This document shows positions 1-10,273 of a DNA stretch of 64,000 nucleotides, piece after piece. The position numbers and the translations under genes are program-made. The DNA comes from an uncultured Thermoleophilia bacterium (lineage in GTDB: Bacteria; Actinomycetota; Thermoleophilia; UBA2241). The stretch spans positions 64,001-128,000 of the forward strand of contig CAVPCT010000001.1 in NCBI GenBank assembly GCA_963702475.1, given 5' to 3'. Every line of letters begins with the position of its first letter. Position 1 is the first letter of the stretch. Under the pieces are notes generated by a model, which saw only the letters and a list, made by a program, of their open reading frames with translations, made no database searches and had not been told where the DNA came from.

Positions 1-25
1 GCTCGACCCCGCCGACTGGGCCTCG

Positions 26-1447
26 ATGCGGGCGCTGGGCCATCGCATGCTGGACGACGCCCTGGACTACCTCGAGTCTCTCCCGCAGCGCCCGGCGTGG
101 GAGCACGCGCCGGCTGCGGTGAAGGCGCGCTTCTCCGGCGGCGTCCCGCGCGCCCCCCAGCCGGCGGAGGACATCTACCGCGAGTACGTCGACCTGGTGC
201 AGCCGTACCAGCTCGGCAACGCCCACCCGCGGTTCTGGGGGTGGGTGGTCGGCTGCGGGACGACCATGGGGGTCCTGGCCGAGATGCTGGCCGCGACCAC
301 CGACGCGGTGAGCGGCATCTACTCGTTCGTCAGCAACAACTACGTCGAGCTCCAGGTGCTGGATTGGTGCAAGGAGCTGCTGGGCTACCCGCGGAGCGCG
401 AGCGGCCTGCTGACGAGCGGGTGCTCCGCCTCCAACCTTATCGCCCTCGCCGTCGCACGCCACGCCAAGGCGGGCTTCGACGTACGCAAGGAGGGCCTGA
501 CGGCGGCCGGCGCCCGGATGACGGTGTACTGCTCCGAGGAGGCGCACTCGTCGCTCACCAAGGCCGTCGAGCTGCTGGGGCTGGGCCGGGACTCCCTGCG
601 CAGGGTCCCGGCCGACGAGACGCGCCGCATCGACGTGGCCGCGCTCCGTGAGGCCGTGGCGCGCGACCGGCGGGACGGCCTGCTCCCCATCTGCGTCGTC
701 GGGGTCGCCGGCACCACCGCCACCGGCGCCGTGGACGACCTGCACGCGTTGGCCGACCTCTGCGCCGAGGAGCGCCTGTGGTTCCACGTGGACGGCGCCT
801 TCGGCATCTGGGCGGCGATCGCTCCGCGCTCGGCCCACCTCGTCTCCGGCATCGAGCGCGCCGACTCCCTCGCGTTCGACCTCCACAAGTGGATGTACCT
901 CACCTACCCTGTGGGCTGCGTGCTGGTGAAGGATGCGGAGGAGCATCGCCGGACCTTCTCGCTCACGCCGCAATACCTGGCCCACGGGGAGGGCGACCGC
1001 GGCCTCACGGCCGTCGACGCACCCTGGCTCTCCGACTACGGCTTCGAGCTCTCCCGCGGCTTCCACGCGCTCAAGGCGTGGATGTCGCTCAAGGAGCACG
1101 GCGCCGACAAGTACGGCCGCCTGATCCAGCAGAACATCGACCAGGCCCGTTACCTGGCCGGCCTGGTCGAGGCGTCGACCGACCTCGAGTTGGCGCTCCC
1201 GGTGTCGCTCAACGTCGTCTGCTTCCGCTACGTGCGCGCGGGGCTGGGCGATGCCGCGCTCGACGAGCTCACCAAGGCCATCGAGGTCGAGCTGCAGGAG
1301 TGCGGCATAGCCGTGCCCTCGGTGGTGAGCCTGCGCGGCCGCACGTGGCTGCACGTCGCCGTGACCAACCACCGCAGCCGGCGCGAGGACTTCGACCTGC
1401 TGGCCCGCGAGGTCGTCCGGCTCGGGGCGGAGCTGGCCTCGCCCTGA
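26..1447 (+). CDS. PLP-dependent group II decarboxylase (aromatic-L-amino-acid decarboxylase family); probably 5'-truncated by the window edge
   Basis: HPRFWGWV, WFHVDGAFG and DSLAFDLHKW (PLP Lys) motifs. The frame is open back to position 2 (LDPADWASM), so the true start is likely upstream. Confidence 0.9.
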   Translation: MRALGHRMLDDALDYLESLPQRPAWEHAPAAVKARFSGGVPRAPQPAEDIYREYVDLVQPYQLGNAHPRFWGWVVGCGTTMGVLAEMLAATTDAVSGIYSFVSNNYVELQVLDWCKELLGYPRSASGLLTSGCSASNLIALAVARHAKAGFDVRKEGLTAAGARMTVYCSEEAHSSLTKAVELLGLGRDSLRRVPADETRRIDVAALREAVARDRRDGLLPICVVGVAGTTATGAVDDLHALADLCAEERLWFHVDGAFGIWAAIAPRSAHLVSGIERADSLAFDLHKWMYLTYPVGCVLVKDAEEHRRTFSLTPQYLAHGEGDRGLTAVDAPWLSDYGFELSRGFHALKAWMSLKEHGADKYGRLIQQNIDQARYLAGLVEASTDLELALPVSLNVVCFRYVRAGLGDAALDELTKAIEVELQECGIAVPSVVSLRGRTWLHVAVTNHRSRREDFDLLAREVVRLGAELASP

Positions 1448-1498
1448 GCCGGCCCAGCCGAGCGGGCCGGATCGCCGCCTCCTGCGCCCGCGGCGGTC

Positions 1499-2182
1499 TC
1501 AGACGCCCGCGAAGAAGGGCGCGTGCCGGCTCCGGCAGAACGCGCGCCAGTCGCCCAGGAACTCGAAGTCGGCGAAGTCGATGCGGTCCACGGCCCGGCG
1601 GTGCTTGACGAGCTGGGGGTTCGCCTCGTTGAGGCGGCGCACCAGTTCGGCCTCTTCGCCGCTGAGCGGGCTGACCACGGCGCCGAGGTGCACAGCCCAC
1701 AGCTCCGCGGCGCCGGCGTCGAACTCGGGCGGGACGAAGACGTTGTCGAACGTCACGGCGCCGCCCTCGTACCGGTGCTCGGCCCCGGCCACGCCGCCGG
1801 GACCCGCCGTCACCGTCGCCGGCAGGATCATGTGCGCGAGCAGGTAGCGGGAGATCGACGAGACCTGTCGCGACTTGTGCGGCAGCGTCTCGGCGGCGAG
1901 CCCCCAGTGATACCCCGACGCGTTGCAGCGCAGCACGTGGTGGCGCTCGATGGTCGGGTCCGACGGGTCCGGCGCCATCCACTCCGTGAACGCGGCCAGG
2001 CCGTGGAACGGCGTGTCGTCGGAGCTGAACGTGGCCAGCACCGGCGCGTAGTCGGCGATGTCGCCGCCCTCCAGGTCGCGGAGGTAGGCGAACACGGCCA
2101 CTTCTTCCTCGTGCGTCACTGCGCACGGACAGCTCAGCACGATCCTGAACGCCAATTCCAGGGCGCTGCCCCTGATCTTCAT
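1499..2182 (-). CDS. hypothetical protein (227 aa)
   Basis: RBS-like GGAGAGGG before ATG and typical GC3 bias; no family confidently recognised. Confidence 0.7.
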   Translation of the reverse strand: MKIRGSALELAFRIVLSCPCAVTHEEEVAVFAYLRDLEGGDIADYAPVLATFSSDDTPFHGLAAFTEWMAPDPSDPTIERHHVLRCNASGYHWGLAAETLPHKSRQVSSISRYLLAHMILPATVTAGPGGVAGAEHRYEGGAVTFDNVFVPPEFDAGAAELWAVHLGAVVSPLSGEEAELVRRLNEANPQLVKHRRAVDRIDFADFEFLGDWRAFCRSRHAPFFAGV

Positions 2183-2419
2183 CTCCGCCCCTCCTGGTGT
2201 GTGCCGGCCGCGCCCTGCGCGCCGCCTCTGGCGCGGTCCGGTGACGAGTGCCCTTGCGGGGCGCCCCCGTCGCTCAGCCCGCTGCGTAGCTCAGTCTACC
2301 GCTCCGTGCCGCTCCCGTGTCGCCTGCCCTCGCCGGCGAACGGTTCGCCGGCGCCTCCGGCCGGGCAGGCTGAGCACGTCGCCGCTGTCGGCGGTCACGC
2401 TATACAGGGAGGTGCCTCG

Positions 2420-3097
2420 GTGGAACAGTCGACGATCGACCTCGGCAGAGAGCAGCGGGCCACGAGGGAGCGGCCGCGCTACGAGTACTCCGCGGCCGCC
2501 CGCGGCTTCTTCGGCTCCATGGATGCCCTCGCCGGCGAGCGCACCACACTCCACAAGGTGAAGCTCATCGAGGCGCTGGCGCCCGTGCCTTACCGGGCCT
2601 GGGAGAATCGCCAGTACGGTCTCCTGACCCGGCACTACGACGACCAGTCGCGGGTCGCCGAGGCCCGCGCGCTCGTGGAGTGGTCGCGGGCGGCCCAGGA
2701 CAACGAGTACTGGCACCTGCTCGTCGTCAACGAGAAGCTCAGGGAAGAGGGTGAGCCCGAACCCAGGTACCTGACGGAGCCACTGCCTTCTCTCATGGTC
2801 GCGTCCTACGCCTCGCTCGCGTGGACGATGGCCCGCGTCGGCATCCGCAGGGCTTTTCTGCTGAACGCCGAGTTCGAGGACCACGCCGAGCACACCTACG
2901 CGGAACTGGTGGACGCGCACCCCGAATGGGAGGACCAGCCGGTGACGAGTCCCGTGGTGCAGCAGTACGGGTCGTTCGGCTGCTGGGCCGACGTGTTCCG
3001 TCGCATAGGCTTGGACGAGCGCGACCACATGAACGCCAGCTTCCGCTTCGCCGGCAGGCCCGAGCGTGTGGCCGGCTACGAGGGCATGCCCTCCTGA
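2420..3097 (+). CDS. alternative oxidase/PTOX-like ferritin-fold diiron protein
   Basis: GTG at 2420 after AGGGAGGT. Diiron motifs LIEALAPVPY, DNEYWH, EFEDHAEHTY and DERDH. Confidence 0.8.
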   Translation: MEQSTIDLGREQRATRERPRYEYSAAARGFFGSMDALAGERTTLHKVKLIEALAPVPYRAWENRQYGLLTRHYDDQSRVAEARALVEWSRAAQDNEYWHLLVVNEKLREEGEPEPRYLTEPLPSLMVASYASLAWTMARVGIRRAFLLNAEFEDHAEHTYAELVDAHPEWEDQPVTSPVVQQYGSFGCWADVFRRIGLDERDHMNASFRFAGRPERVAGYEGMPS

Positions 3098-3200
3098 GGG
3101 CCGGCCGCCGGCGCGCACGCGTGCCGGGTCGGCAGCGGGATGAGCCCGCGCGCGGGCAGGCGGTATCCTCTCGGTGCGGAGCCGCGACGGGGAGGGTGTG

Positions 3201-3671
3201 ATGACTGGGAGCCTGCGCGAGCGCCTCATCGGCGCCTGGGAGCTGATCGACGTTGTGGAGGAGCCGGTGGACGGGTCCCCGCTGCGCCACCCGCTCGGCG
3301 AGCATCCCTGCGGCCTCATCGTGTACACCGCCGACGGCCACATGTCGGTGCAGATCATGCAGGAGGGGCACGCCGGCCGGGCGGCGGACGACCCGTACGG
3401 CCGCACGGGCGACGACTACGCGCGCGAGGCCCGGACGTACTTCGCCTACGCCGGTACCTACAAGGTCGACGAGGTCCGCGGGGTGGTCACGCACGGCGTG
3501 CGACTGTCGCTGTTCCCGGGCTGGGTGGGCCAGGACCAGGAGCGCGTGGCGCAGCTGGATGGCGTCGTGCTGCAGCTGAGCGGCGTCGAGCCCTCGCTCT
3601 CGGCGGGGTTGCTGGTCCGGACGCGGCTCAGGTGGAGGCGCGCCGGCGGGCCTGCGGCCTCCGGCGCCTGA
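3201..3671 (+). CDS. lipocalin-like domain protein (Lipocalin_5 type)
   Basis: LIGAWEL...PLGEHPCGLIVYTADGHMSVQIM...YFAYAGTY pattern; RBS GGAGG. Confidence 0.8.
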   Translation: MTGSLRERLIGAWELIDVVEEPVDGSPLRHPLGEHPCGLIVYTADGHMSVQIMQEGHAGRAADDPYGRTGDDYAREARTYFAYAGTYKVDEVRGVVTHGVRLSLFPGWVGQDQERVAQLDGVVLQLSGVEPSLSAGLLVRTRLRWRRAGGPAASGA

Positions 3672-3741
3672 CGGGCGGGACGGGCGTTGCTGTGCCGGGC
3701 TCCGTGTCCGGCGCGTCCCGCCTTCGGCCGTTCTCCAGCCC

Positions 3742-5019
3742 TCACCAGAGCGTCAGAGACTCCGTGAAGAGGCGTCGCAGGTCCTCTGTGCTCGCCGGCC
3801 GCGGCGAGAGCTTGGTGACGGTGTGCTGGGGCAGAGTGCCGGCCACGAGGTCGTCGAGGTCTTCGGGGCCGTAGCCGACGGCGGAGAGGCCGTTGGGCGC
3901 GCCGATCCGGCGCATGAGGCCGACCAGGTGGCCGGCGAGCGCCCCGCCCACCTCGTCGTCCGGCACGCCGCTCATGTCGACGCCGACCAGCTCGGCCGCG
4001 TGGCGGTGCCGGACGGGATCGGCGGCGGCCGTGAAGCGGAACACGGCGGGCGCGTTGAGCGCCACCGACATGCCGTGCGGGACGAGAGGGTGGTCTTCCG
4101 GATAGCCCTCAACGCGATACTCGCGCACCATGCCGGACACGGGGTAGGACATGGCGTGGCAGAGGTGCGTGCCGGCGTTGGCGAAGCCGATCCCGGCGAA
4201 CGTGGCGGCCAGCATCATCTGGCCGCTCGCCGCTTCGTCGCCCGGGTCGGCGAGCACCTTCTCGAGGTTGGCCGAGCCGAGCTGCGCGGCGCGCGCCGCC
4301 CAGATGTCGCTGATGGGGTTGGAACCCTGGTAGGCCGGCCGGTGGTCGGGGTCCTCCGGGGCCGGCCGGCGGTGGTAGGGGAGAGCCGTGAGCGACTCAA
4401 GCGCATGGCAGAACACATCCAGGCCGCTGCACACGGCGACCATGGGCGGCATGGTCAGGGTGTTCAATGGGTCGACGATGGCCAGAGAAGGGCGCGCCGC
4501 GCGCTGCCGGATGGCCGTCTTGGCGCGCATCTCCTCCAGGTCGAACACGATGACGCCGGTGCACTCACTGCCCGTCCCCGCGGTGGTGGGGACGGCGATG
4601 AGCGGCGCCATCCGGCCCTGCACCGGCCTGCCCTCGCCGATGGGCGGGTTCACGTAGGCCATGAACCCGGCCGGGCAGGAGGCGTACAGGTCGGCGGCCT
4701 TGGCCGTGTCCATCACGGAGCCGCCGCCGACGGCCACGTAGCCGTCGAAGCCGCCGTCCTGCGCGAACCCTATGGCGTCGTGCAGGGAGACGTCCGTGGG
4801 CTCGACGCGGGCGCGATCGTACAGCACGGCCTCGATACCCGCTTGGCGGAGCGCCTCCAGGGTCACGGCGACGGGACGGCTCTCCGCCAGGCGCACGTCG
4901 GTGACGACCATCACCCGCGTGCCGCCGAAGCGGCGCATGTCCCACCCCAGCTCGCGGGTCACGCCGGCCCCGTACTTGATGCTCGAGGTGTCCATGGTGA
5001 AGGCGGTCTCGAAGGTCAT
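3742..5019 (-). CDS. hydroxyacid-oxoacid transhydrogenase (Fe-containing alcohol dehydrogenase family)
   Basis: [41 protein letters not shown] and PHG motifs; start re-chosen at ATG 5019 after AAGGAG. Confidence 0.88.
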   Translation of the reverse strand: MTFETAFTMDTSSIKYGAGVTRELGWDMRRFGGTRVMVVTDVRLAESRPVAVTLEALRQAGIEAVLYDRARVEPTDVSLHDAIGFAQDGGFDGYVAVGGGSVMDTAKAADLYASCPAGFMAYVNPPIGEGRPVQGRMAPLIAVPTTAGTGSECTGVIVFDLEEMRAKTAIRQRAARPSLAIVDPLNTLTMPPMVAVCSGLDVFCHALESLTALPYHRRPAPEDPDHRPAYQGSNPISDIWAARAAQLGSANLEKVLADPGDEAASGQMMLAATFAGIGFANAGTHLCHAMSYPVSGMVREYRVEGYPEDHPLVPHGMSVALNAPAVFRFTAAADPVRHRHAAELVGVDMSGVPDDEVGGALAGHLVGLMRRIGAPNGLSAVGYGPEDLDDLVAGTLPQHTVTKLSPRPASTEDLRRLFTESLTLW

Positions 5020-5155
5020 CACGGCTCCTTTGTGGCTGCACGGCAGCCTATCACCCGCATCGCGGCGCGCCGGAACGCTGCCGGCGCGGACGGCCACAGC
5101 GGGCTCTGCGCCCTGTCGGGGTGCCGCACCGCGCCGCCCGTGGGAGGATGGGCGC

Positions 5156-5656
5156 ATGGACCTCGACGTCGTCGTCACCGTCATCGCGGGAATCCTCCTC
5201 GTCGTGGCCGCCGTCGGCACCGTCTATCCCGTGCTGCCCGGCAGCCCGGTCGCCATTGTCACCCTGATCGCCTGGGCGTGGATCCTGGGCTCGGCCATCA
5301 GCTGGACGGCCGGCATCGTCGGAGCGCTGCTCGCCGCGGTCGGCTGGTCCGCAAGCGCCGTGCTCACGGGACGCCAGCTCAAGCGGCACGAGGTCCCCGG
5401 ACGTTCCATCCTGGTGGCTGTCGTGGGCGCGCTCATCGGCATGTACTTCATCCCGGTGGTCGGCGTGTTCGTGGGGTTCGCCGTCGGACTGCTGGTGAGC
5501 GAGCTCGTCAGGCGGCGCGACCTGAAGGCCGCGCTCACGGCCAGCGCCGCGGCCCTCAAGGCGACGGGGATCGGCATCCTCGTGGAGTTCACGATGGTGT
5601 GTCTGGCCGGGTCGGTCTGGGCGCTGGGCGTGATCGCCCACTTCTGGCTCCGCTGA
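5156..5656 (+). CDS. DUF456 family membrane protein
   Basis: GTVYPVLPG and FIPVVGVFVGF motifs; hydrophobic; apparently leaderless (GAGGAT-N6-ATG). Confidence 0.8.
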   Translation: MDLDVVVTVIAGILLVVAAVGTVYPVLPGSPVAIVTLIAWAWILGSAISWTAGIVGALLAAVGWSASAVLTGRQLKRHEVPGRSILVAVVGALIGMYFIPVVGVFVGFAVGLLVSELVRRRDLKAALTASAAALKATGIGILVEFTMVCLAGSVWALGVIAHFWLR

Positions 5657-5729
5657 AACGGCACGGGGCGGCCCCGTTGCCGGCGTCCGTGCCGGCGTTC
5701 GATGGCCCGCCGGCGGTCTGACCGGCGGC

Positions 5730-6653
5730 CTACCCGCCGTGCTCCAGGCCATCCTTCCCGCCGGCCTCCGCGGCGTTCTCTCCCTCCCCGTCCTCCTTCG
5801 GCTTCATCGACGGGGCTGTGGCCAGCACGGAGCCGATGAGGATCAGCGGCGTGGCGATGGCGATGCCCAGTGTGATCGGCTCGCTCAGGATGACCACGCC
5901 GAGCAGCACGGCGACCAGCGGGTTCACGTAGGTGATGATGGCGCTCCGCGACGGCCCGACCTCCCGCAGGAGGGCCATATAGATGACCATGGCGAGCGCC
6001 GTGCACAGCACCGCGAGGATGACCACCGCGATGACGGTGTCGCGCGAGACCGACTCCGGCCAGCCGGCGGCGGCCAGCGGGGCGAACGCGATGGTGTTGA
6101 CCCACAGCGCCACCATGGCGACGCTCACACCGGAGAGGCCGCCGAGGCGCTTCACGACGACGATGGGCGCGATCGCCCAGCAGAGGTCGACGATGAGGAG
6201 CATGACGACGCCGACCAGATCCCCATTGCCCACGTTCACGCCGACGAGCGCCACGATGCCGGCGAGGCCGCAGGCGAGGCCGGCCACGTGGCGCGCATCG
6301 AAGTCGTACCTCTCGCCCATCACCCGGTAGAGGCCGACGCCGATGAGCGGCATCGCGCCGATGAGCAGTCCTGCGAGCGAGCTCGTGAGCCGCTGTTCCG
6401 CGGTGGCGATGAGCAGCCAGGGGAGCGACATCTCGAGGAACGTGAAGGCGAGCACCCACGGCCAGTGCGTGAGCAGGTCGCGGACGCCGCCGGCCCGCAG
6501 GACGAACGGGGTCAGCGTCACGGCCGCGAGCAGCGTGCGGAAGAAGACCAGGGTGGACGGCTCGAGCTCGCGCACGGCGATCCTGACCATCAGGTACGGC
6601 ATGCCCCAGATGAGGCACAGCGCGACGAACATGATCCACCCTTTGCGTGACAC
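5730..6653 (-). CDS. EamA/DMT family transporter
   Basis: LIWGMPY, about 10 TM segments, GPSRSAIITYVNPLVAVLLG; GTG start at 6653. Confidence 0.88.
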   Translation of the reverse strand: MSRKGWIMFVALCLIWGMPYLMVRIAVRELEPSTLVFFRTLLAAVTLTPFVLRAGGVRDLLTHWPWVLAFTFLEMSLPWLLIATAEQRLTSSLAGLLIGAMPLIGVGLYRVMGERYDFDARHVAGLACGLAGIVALVGVNVGNGDLVGVVMLLIVDLCWAIAPIVVVKRLGGLSGVSVAMVALWVNTIAFAPLAAAGWPESVSRDTVIAVVILAVLCTALAMVIYMALLREVGPSRSAIITYVNPLVAVLLGVVILSEPITLGIAIATPLILIGSVLATAPSMKPKEDGEGENAAEAGGKDGLEHGG

Positions 6654-6829
6654 CGGATCTGGACTCCCCCGTGAGCAGCGGCTGAAGGCCGCCACAGTGT
6701 ATGCGCCGCGTCGACCCCGGAGGAGTGCGCCTGTCGCCGAGTCCCAGAGTGTGGAAGGCGCCTGCGGCTTCGGGGCGGTCGCCTGAGGGTCGGTGGCCGG
6801 GCCCTGCTCGAGCCGGTAGGGTGCAAGGG

Positions 6830-8098
6830 ATGGCGGACCAGTCCACCCTGAGCGACCTCACACGCGGCCGGCGGACGGCGCTCGTCGCGACCCTCGGCGG
6901 CCTCTGGACCATCGGCCCGTTCTCCATCGACCTGTACCTGCCCGCCCTGCCGACCCTGGGCGGCGACCTGGGCGCCTCACAGCAGCAGGTAGCGGTCACC
7001 GTGACGGCCTTCTTCCTCGGCCTGGCGTTCGGCCAGGTGCAGGCCGGCGCCCTCAGCGACACGTACGGCCGCCGCCGGCCGCTGCTGGCCGGCCTGCTGC
7101 TCTACGCGCTCGCGAGCCTGGGCTGCGCGCTCGCGCCGACCATCCAGCTCCTGGTCGTCGCCAGGTTCCTGCAGGGCCTGGGCGGCGCGGCGGGCATGGC
7201 CATCTCCAACGCGGCCGTGACGGACTACGCCCGCGGCCGGGAGGCCGCGCGCCTGCTGTCGCGCCTCGCCATGATCGGCGGCGTGGCGCCCATCCTCGCC
7301 CCGCTGGCCGGCGCCCAGCTGCTGGGCGTCATGTCCTGGAGAGGTCTCTTCGTCGTGCTCGCGGTGGTCGGGATCGCGCTGTTCCTCGCTGTGCTCTTCG
7401 GGCTCCCGGAGAGCCTGCCGCGCGAGCGCCGTTCCTCCGCCGGCCTCGGCGCCCTGCTCGGGAGCGTGCTGGTCCTCTCCCACGACGTGCGCTTCGTCGG
7501 CCTCGCGCTCACCGGCGCGTTCAGCTTCGCGGGCTTCTTCGCCTATCTCGCCGGCTCGTCGTTCGTCTACCAGGAGGTCTACGGTGTGTCTCCCGCCGCG
7601 TTCAGCGCGCTCTTCGCGGTGAACGCCGTCGGCATGCTGGGGGCGAGCGAGCTGAGCCACCGGCTTCTCGCTCGCTTCACGCCGGCGCAGCTGCTGGCGG
7701 CGGCGCTCGTGATCGGTGCGCTCGCCGGCGTCGCCGTCCTGCTGGTGCTGCTCGCCGGCGATCTCGGCCTGTGGGCGCTGGCCGTGCCGCTGTTCGTGCT
7801 CGTCGCGAGCATCGGTCTCGTCATCCCCAACTCCACCGCGCTGGCCCTCTCCCTGCACCCGGACCTGGCCGGCAAGGCGTCCGCCTACTTCGGTACTCTG
7901 CGGATCGGGCTCGGCGCCCTGGCGACGCCCCTCGTCGGCCTGGGCGGCGGGCTGGACGGCGTGTCCATGGGCCTCGTCATCGCCGCCGCCGGCGTGCTGG
8001 CGCTGTCGACGTACGGCGTCGTCGCGTGGCTCGACCGGGGCCGTCGGCGCTCGTGCGAGTTGCGGGCCGGGACCTGCGCCGACATGCCGGTGTGCTGA
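6830..8098 (+). CDS. Bcr/CflA family multidrug MFS transporter
   Basis: FSIDLYLPALP, LSDTYGRRRPLL, RFLQGLGG and LPESL motifs; leaderless TAGGGT-N7-ATG. Confidence 0.9.
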   Translation: MADQSTLSDLTRGRRTALVATLGGLWTIGPFSIDLYLPALPTLGGDLGASQQQVAVTVTAFFLGLAFGQVQAGALSDTYGRRRPLLAGLLLYALASLGCALAPTIQLLVVARFLQGLGGAAGMAISNAAVTDYARGREAARLLSRLAMIGGVAPILAPLAGAQLLGVMSWRGLFVVLAVVGIALFLAVLFGLPESLPRERRSSAGLGALLGSVLVLSHDVRFVGLALTGAFSFAGFFAYLAGSSFVYQEVYGVSPAAFSALFAVNAVGMLGASELSHRLLARFTPAQLLAAALVIGALAGVAVLLVLLAGDLGLWALAVPLFVLVASIGLVIPNSTALALSLHPDLAGKASAYFGTLRIGLGALATPLVGLGGGLDGVSMGLVIAAAGVLALSTYGVVAWLDRGRRRSCELRAGTCADMPVC

Positions 8099-8176
8099 GG
8101 CGCCTGCGGTCCGCGCTCGACGCCCCGGTCGCGGGCCGCAACGTCTTGGCCCGGTGCCGCGTCGGATCCCCCGCTC

Positions 8177-8887
8177 TCACTCCTCCCAAGGCAGCGGCTC
8201 GGCCGCGCCGCCGACAGGGTCCTGCGTCCGGGCCTCGCCGGGCGGCGGGGTGATGGGGACGCGGTCGCGCTCGTCGAACGCCGCCGCGTGCGTGTGCCGG
8301 TGAAGGCGCGCGTAGAGCGGGGAGAGCAGACCGACGACGACGGCCCACGCGACGAAACACGCGAGGAGGAGCGCCTGGGCGGCGAGCGGCCCGGGGCTGG
8401 ACGCCCCGGCCTCCGCGCCGCCCCACACCAGCGTCTGCGCGATGAACGCCAGTACGAGTGAGGCGGCTGCGGCCACCGAGTAGTCGAGCGGCAGGCGCCA
8501 GCGCCAGCGCGAGTGCCACCACACCGCCCCCGGACGGAACCGGCGCCATCCGTAGGCCGGGTTCAGCAGGAACCAGAGGAAGTCCCACAGCGCGCTCCAC
8601 GCCACCCAGGCGGCCAGCACGGTGAGCTCGGCAACGGCCGTCCACGGCGTCCCGAAGGCGAAGGGCAGATGGAAGGCGACGAGTGTGGAGGCGAACATGA
8701 GCAGGTTGTAGCCCGTGAGCGGCTTGCCGCCCAGGACGGTGCCGAAGACCCGGGCCACGGGGCCGCTGACCCGGTACGGGGTGGGCAGCTTCTCGGCCCA
8801 GCCATAGGGCCCCTCGATCTCGATCTCCACCGCCGCGAGCAGGAAGGCGAAAACGCAGAGAAGCGGTGCGGCGACGGCGAGGGTCAT
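8177..8887 (-). CDS. uncharacterised membrane protein (EIEIEGxxGWA motif)
   Basis: Multiple TM segments; ATGA overlap with the upstream glycosyltransferase gene. Confidence 0.7.
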   Translation of the reverse strand: MTLAVAAPLLCVFAFLLAAVEIEIEGPYGWAEKLPTPYRVSGPVARVFGTVLGGKPLTGYNLLMFASTLVAFHLPFAFGTPWTAVAELTVLAAWVAWSALWDFLWFLLNPAYGWRRFRPGAVWWHSRWRWRLPLDYSVAAAASLVLAFIAQTLVWGGAEAGASSPGPLAAQALLLACFVAWAVVVGLLSPLYARLHRHTHAAAFDERDRVPITPPPGEARTQDPVGGAAEPLPWEE

Positions 8888-10122
8888 GCCGGCTCGCCGT
8901 CGCTGGGCTCCGCTGCTCCCGGCCTCTCACCCGACTCGACCGACTCGGGCGGGTCTGCCGCGGTGCCCGGCTCCGCGCCCGGCCCGGCCGCCTCCCGCGC
9001 CTCGACGGCGGCCGTGGCCGCGGCCGCCAGGGCGCGGCGGCCGCGCCGCGTGCCCGCGCGCTCGAGCGCCACCAGCGAAAGCTGTTCGCGCAGCGCCGCG
9101 AGCGCCTCGTTGTTACCGTCCTGCCGGTACCCCGCCAGGGCGCGCTCGTGGGCCGGGAGGTGCTGGAGGAACGCGCCGATCGCCTCCGGCGTCGGCGCCT
9201 CCGCGTACTCGCCGTACCCCAGCTCCTGCAGGTACCGCGCGTTCAGCACCTGCTCGAACTGCCCGGTCACGGGGATCGAGAGCACGGGTTTGTGCAGGTA
9301 CACGCACTCCGACAGCAGCGAGAAGCCGCCGCCGGCGATCACGGCCCGGGCCGTGCGCAGGTCGTCCAGGAACACGGTCTCGCTGAAGGGACGGTACACG
9401 AGCGCGCCATCGACGAGGTCCTCCGTCAGGTCGCGGCGCACGCCGTACAGGCGGCACGAAAGGCCGGTCGCGTGTAGAGCCGCCACCAGCGTCTCGCTCC
9501 CCTGCGCCGTCTGGTAGACGAGCAGGTGCTCGCCCTGCTCCGCCGCGGCGGCGAGCACCGCCTCCCGCAGCACCGGCGCCACGAGCGTGGTGTTCCTGCG
9601 TCGCAGAGGGGGCCGGAAGAAGGTCGGCACGATGGCCCAGTGCAGGCCGGGCGCCTTTGTGCGGGCGATCTGCCGGGCCAGCTCGAAGTCCAGGATATCG
9701 TCGCCGATGAGCTCCGCGTCGTGCACGCAGCGGTCGAGCATCATGATGTTGTCCACGCTGATGGCCGGCACCCGCCGCCGGCGCGCCACGGTGAGCACGA
9801 ACGACTCGAAGTCGCTGATCACCACGTCGGGCTCGAAGTCGCTGGCCACTTCGTAGAACGACCGCACCTGCGCGGGCCAGCGGCTCACGGCGCCGCGCAG
9901 GTTCTGAGCGACCGTCTCCCAGCGGCGGATGGCGTTGTCCCCGTAGGCGAGCGAGAAGCCGAGGATCTCGCGCACGTGGGGAAAGCGCTGCGCGAGATAG
10001 TCGTGGGCGCGCCCGGAGGCCACGATGAGCACGTCGTGCTCGCCGACCAGGTCCGCCAGGAACGCGTGAGAGCGGGTGGCGTGGCCCATGCCTTCGCCGG
10101 CAACGCCGTACAGGATGCGCAC
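8884..10122 (-). CDS. MJ1255/VC2487-family GT-B glycosyltransferase
   Basis: MRILYGVAGEGMGHATRS, VISDFE, GGFSLLSE and QFEQVLNA motifs. Confidence 0.88.
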   Translation of the reverse strand: MRILYGVAGEGMGHATRSHAFLADLVGEHDVLIVASGRAHDYLAQRFPHVREILGFSLAYGDNAIRRWETVAQNLRGAVSRWPAQVRSFYEVASDFEPDVVISDFESFVLTVARRRRVPAISVDNIMMLDRCVHDAELIGDDILDFELARQIARTKAPGLHWAIVPTFFRPPLRRRNTTLVAPVLREAVLAAAAEQGEHLLVYQTAQGSETLVAALHATGLSCRLYGVRRDLTEDLVDGALVYRPFSETVFLDDLRTARAVIAGGGFSLLSECVYLHKPVLSIPVTGQFEQVLNARYLQELGYGEYAEAPTPEAIGAFLQHLPAHERALAGYRQDGNNEALAALREQLSLVALERAGTRRGRRALAAAATAAVEAREAAGPGAEPGTAADPPESVESGERPGAAEPSDGEPA

Positions 10123-10273
10123 AGCCGAACCTCCTCACCCGGTCGCGGGACTCTTCTGCCCTGACTGTACTGCGCCGGCGCGCGCGCTTCACGCCCCGCC
10201 GGCGCGCCGCATCCTTGCCAGGCGTCGCGCGGCGCCTCCATCATGTCGCAGGACCGGCTGCAAAGGAGCGCGC

